Shown: one piece after another, positions 63,284-64,000 of the stretch
Layout of the letters: every line of letters begins with the position of its first letter
Position numbering within the stretch: position 1 is the first letter of the stretch
NCBI RefSeq assembly: GCF_006345805.1
Contig: NC_043014.1
Span: 32,922,001 to 32,986,000, forward strand
From: Octopus sinensis
Taxonomy: Eukaryota
Direction: 5' to 3'
DNA: 64,000 nt
Notes under the pieces: model-generated
What the model saw: only the letters and a program-made list of their open reading frames with translations
What the model was told of the DNA's origin: nothing
Database searches by the model: none
Translations under genes and position numbers: made by a program

Positions 63284-64000
63284 GGCGTTAGCCAAACTGA
63301 ACGTCCCCTCCTTCAAAGGCAACGCACATTCGACAACAACAAACATACGTATTTCATGTGGCCGCCCTGTGCGGTCTATGCACCTCCACACCACGCCACT
63401 GACATCTTGCCTATACTTTGCTTTGATATATCAGCAATTGATTATTATTATGATTATAGCAAATAGTGACAATTGGTGAAACCTTATAGTGAACTTTAAA
63501 TATTCATTTCAAAATACTTATGAATTAAAGGAAACCAGTATAAGCTCTATTACTAATATGAGTAATTAATTTCGTTGGTTAATTATCTAAAAATATGCCC
63601 ATTTTCCACGCCTACTCAAATGACTGAAACAAGTAAAAGAATATAATTATGTGTAATTAGATTTGTGATGGTCATTAACTGCTGATCGAGATATAGGCAG
63701 CACCGACTTAATATAGGGCTTGTCTTGGACATTTCAAACCAAAAGATTTCTTCCAATCAGAATGAAAAAAATCGGCTCTGATACTGGATTGATATTTTAT
63801 TTATTGATTCTGAAAACATGAAAAGTAACTTTGAACTCGGCAGGAGTCGCAACTGGAATATTGGAAGGCATTCTATCGGGTTGTATTAATAACTCTGCTG
63901 ATTCCTTGCTTTATTCGCAAAAAATAAATTTAACAAAACGAAAGACAAAAAAGGGAAATAACTCTTTACTATCTGCCAAAAGTAAGCAAACACGAGCTAA

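Noticed and set aside
62800-63401. GC-rich ends resembling CAGTGGCGT-type transposon termini (~63150-63205 and ~63355-63401)
   Set aside because: Only single termini seen, with no matching partner or TSD; cannot be classified

Overview
AT-rich, very repeat-dense eukaryotic DNA. The SINE families, RTE and CR1 LINEs and long compound microsatellites suggest an octopus-like coleoid cephalopod, which is an inference from repeat content only. No intact host gene is visible and nearly all ORFs in the track are microsatellite artefacts. Supported content: (1) a near-complete CR1-type LINE ORF2 (40275-43198, +); (2) a decayed RTE LINE (58200-60990, -) with a PHD-type zinc finger inside its RT region and a structured minisatellite 3'UTR, plus many truncated 3' ends of it; (3) Penelope-like (PLE) RT/GIY-YIG relics and several short PLE-type repeats carrying minimal hammerhead-ribozyme motifs; (4) Tc1/mariner, Tigger, Chapaev3-like, hAT-like and piggyBac-like (TTAA) DNA transposon relics or MITEs; (5) at least four tRNA-derived SINE families, often nested. 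One plausible 91-nt minus-strand host exon lies at 57767-57857 in a more CpG-retaining zone. Family names come from motif recognition by eye, not database searches, and repeat boundaries are approximate unless a TSD or TIR is cited.
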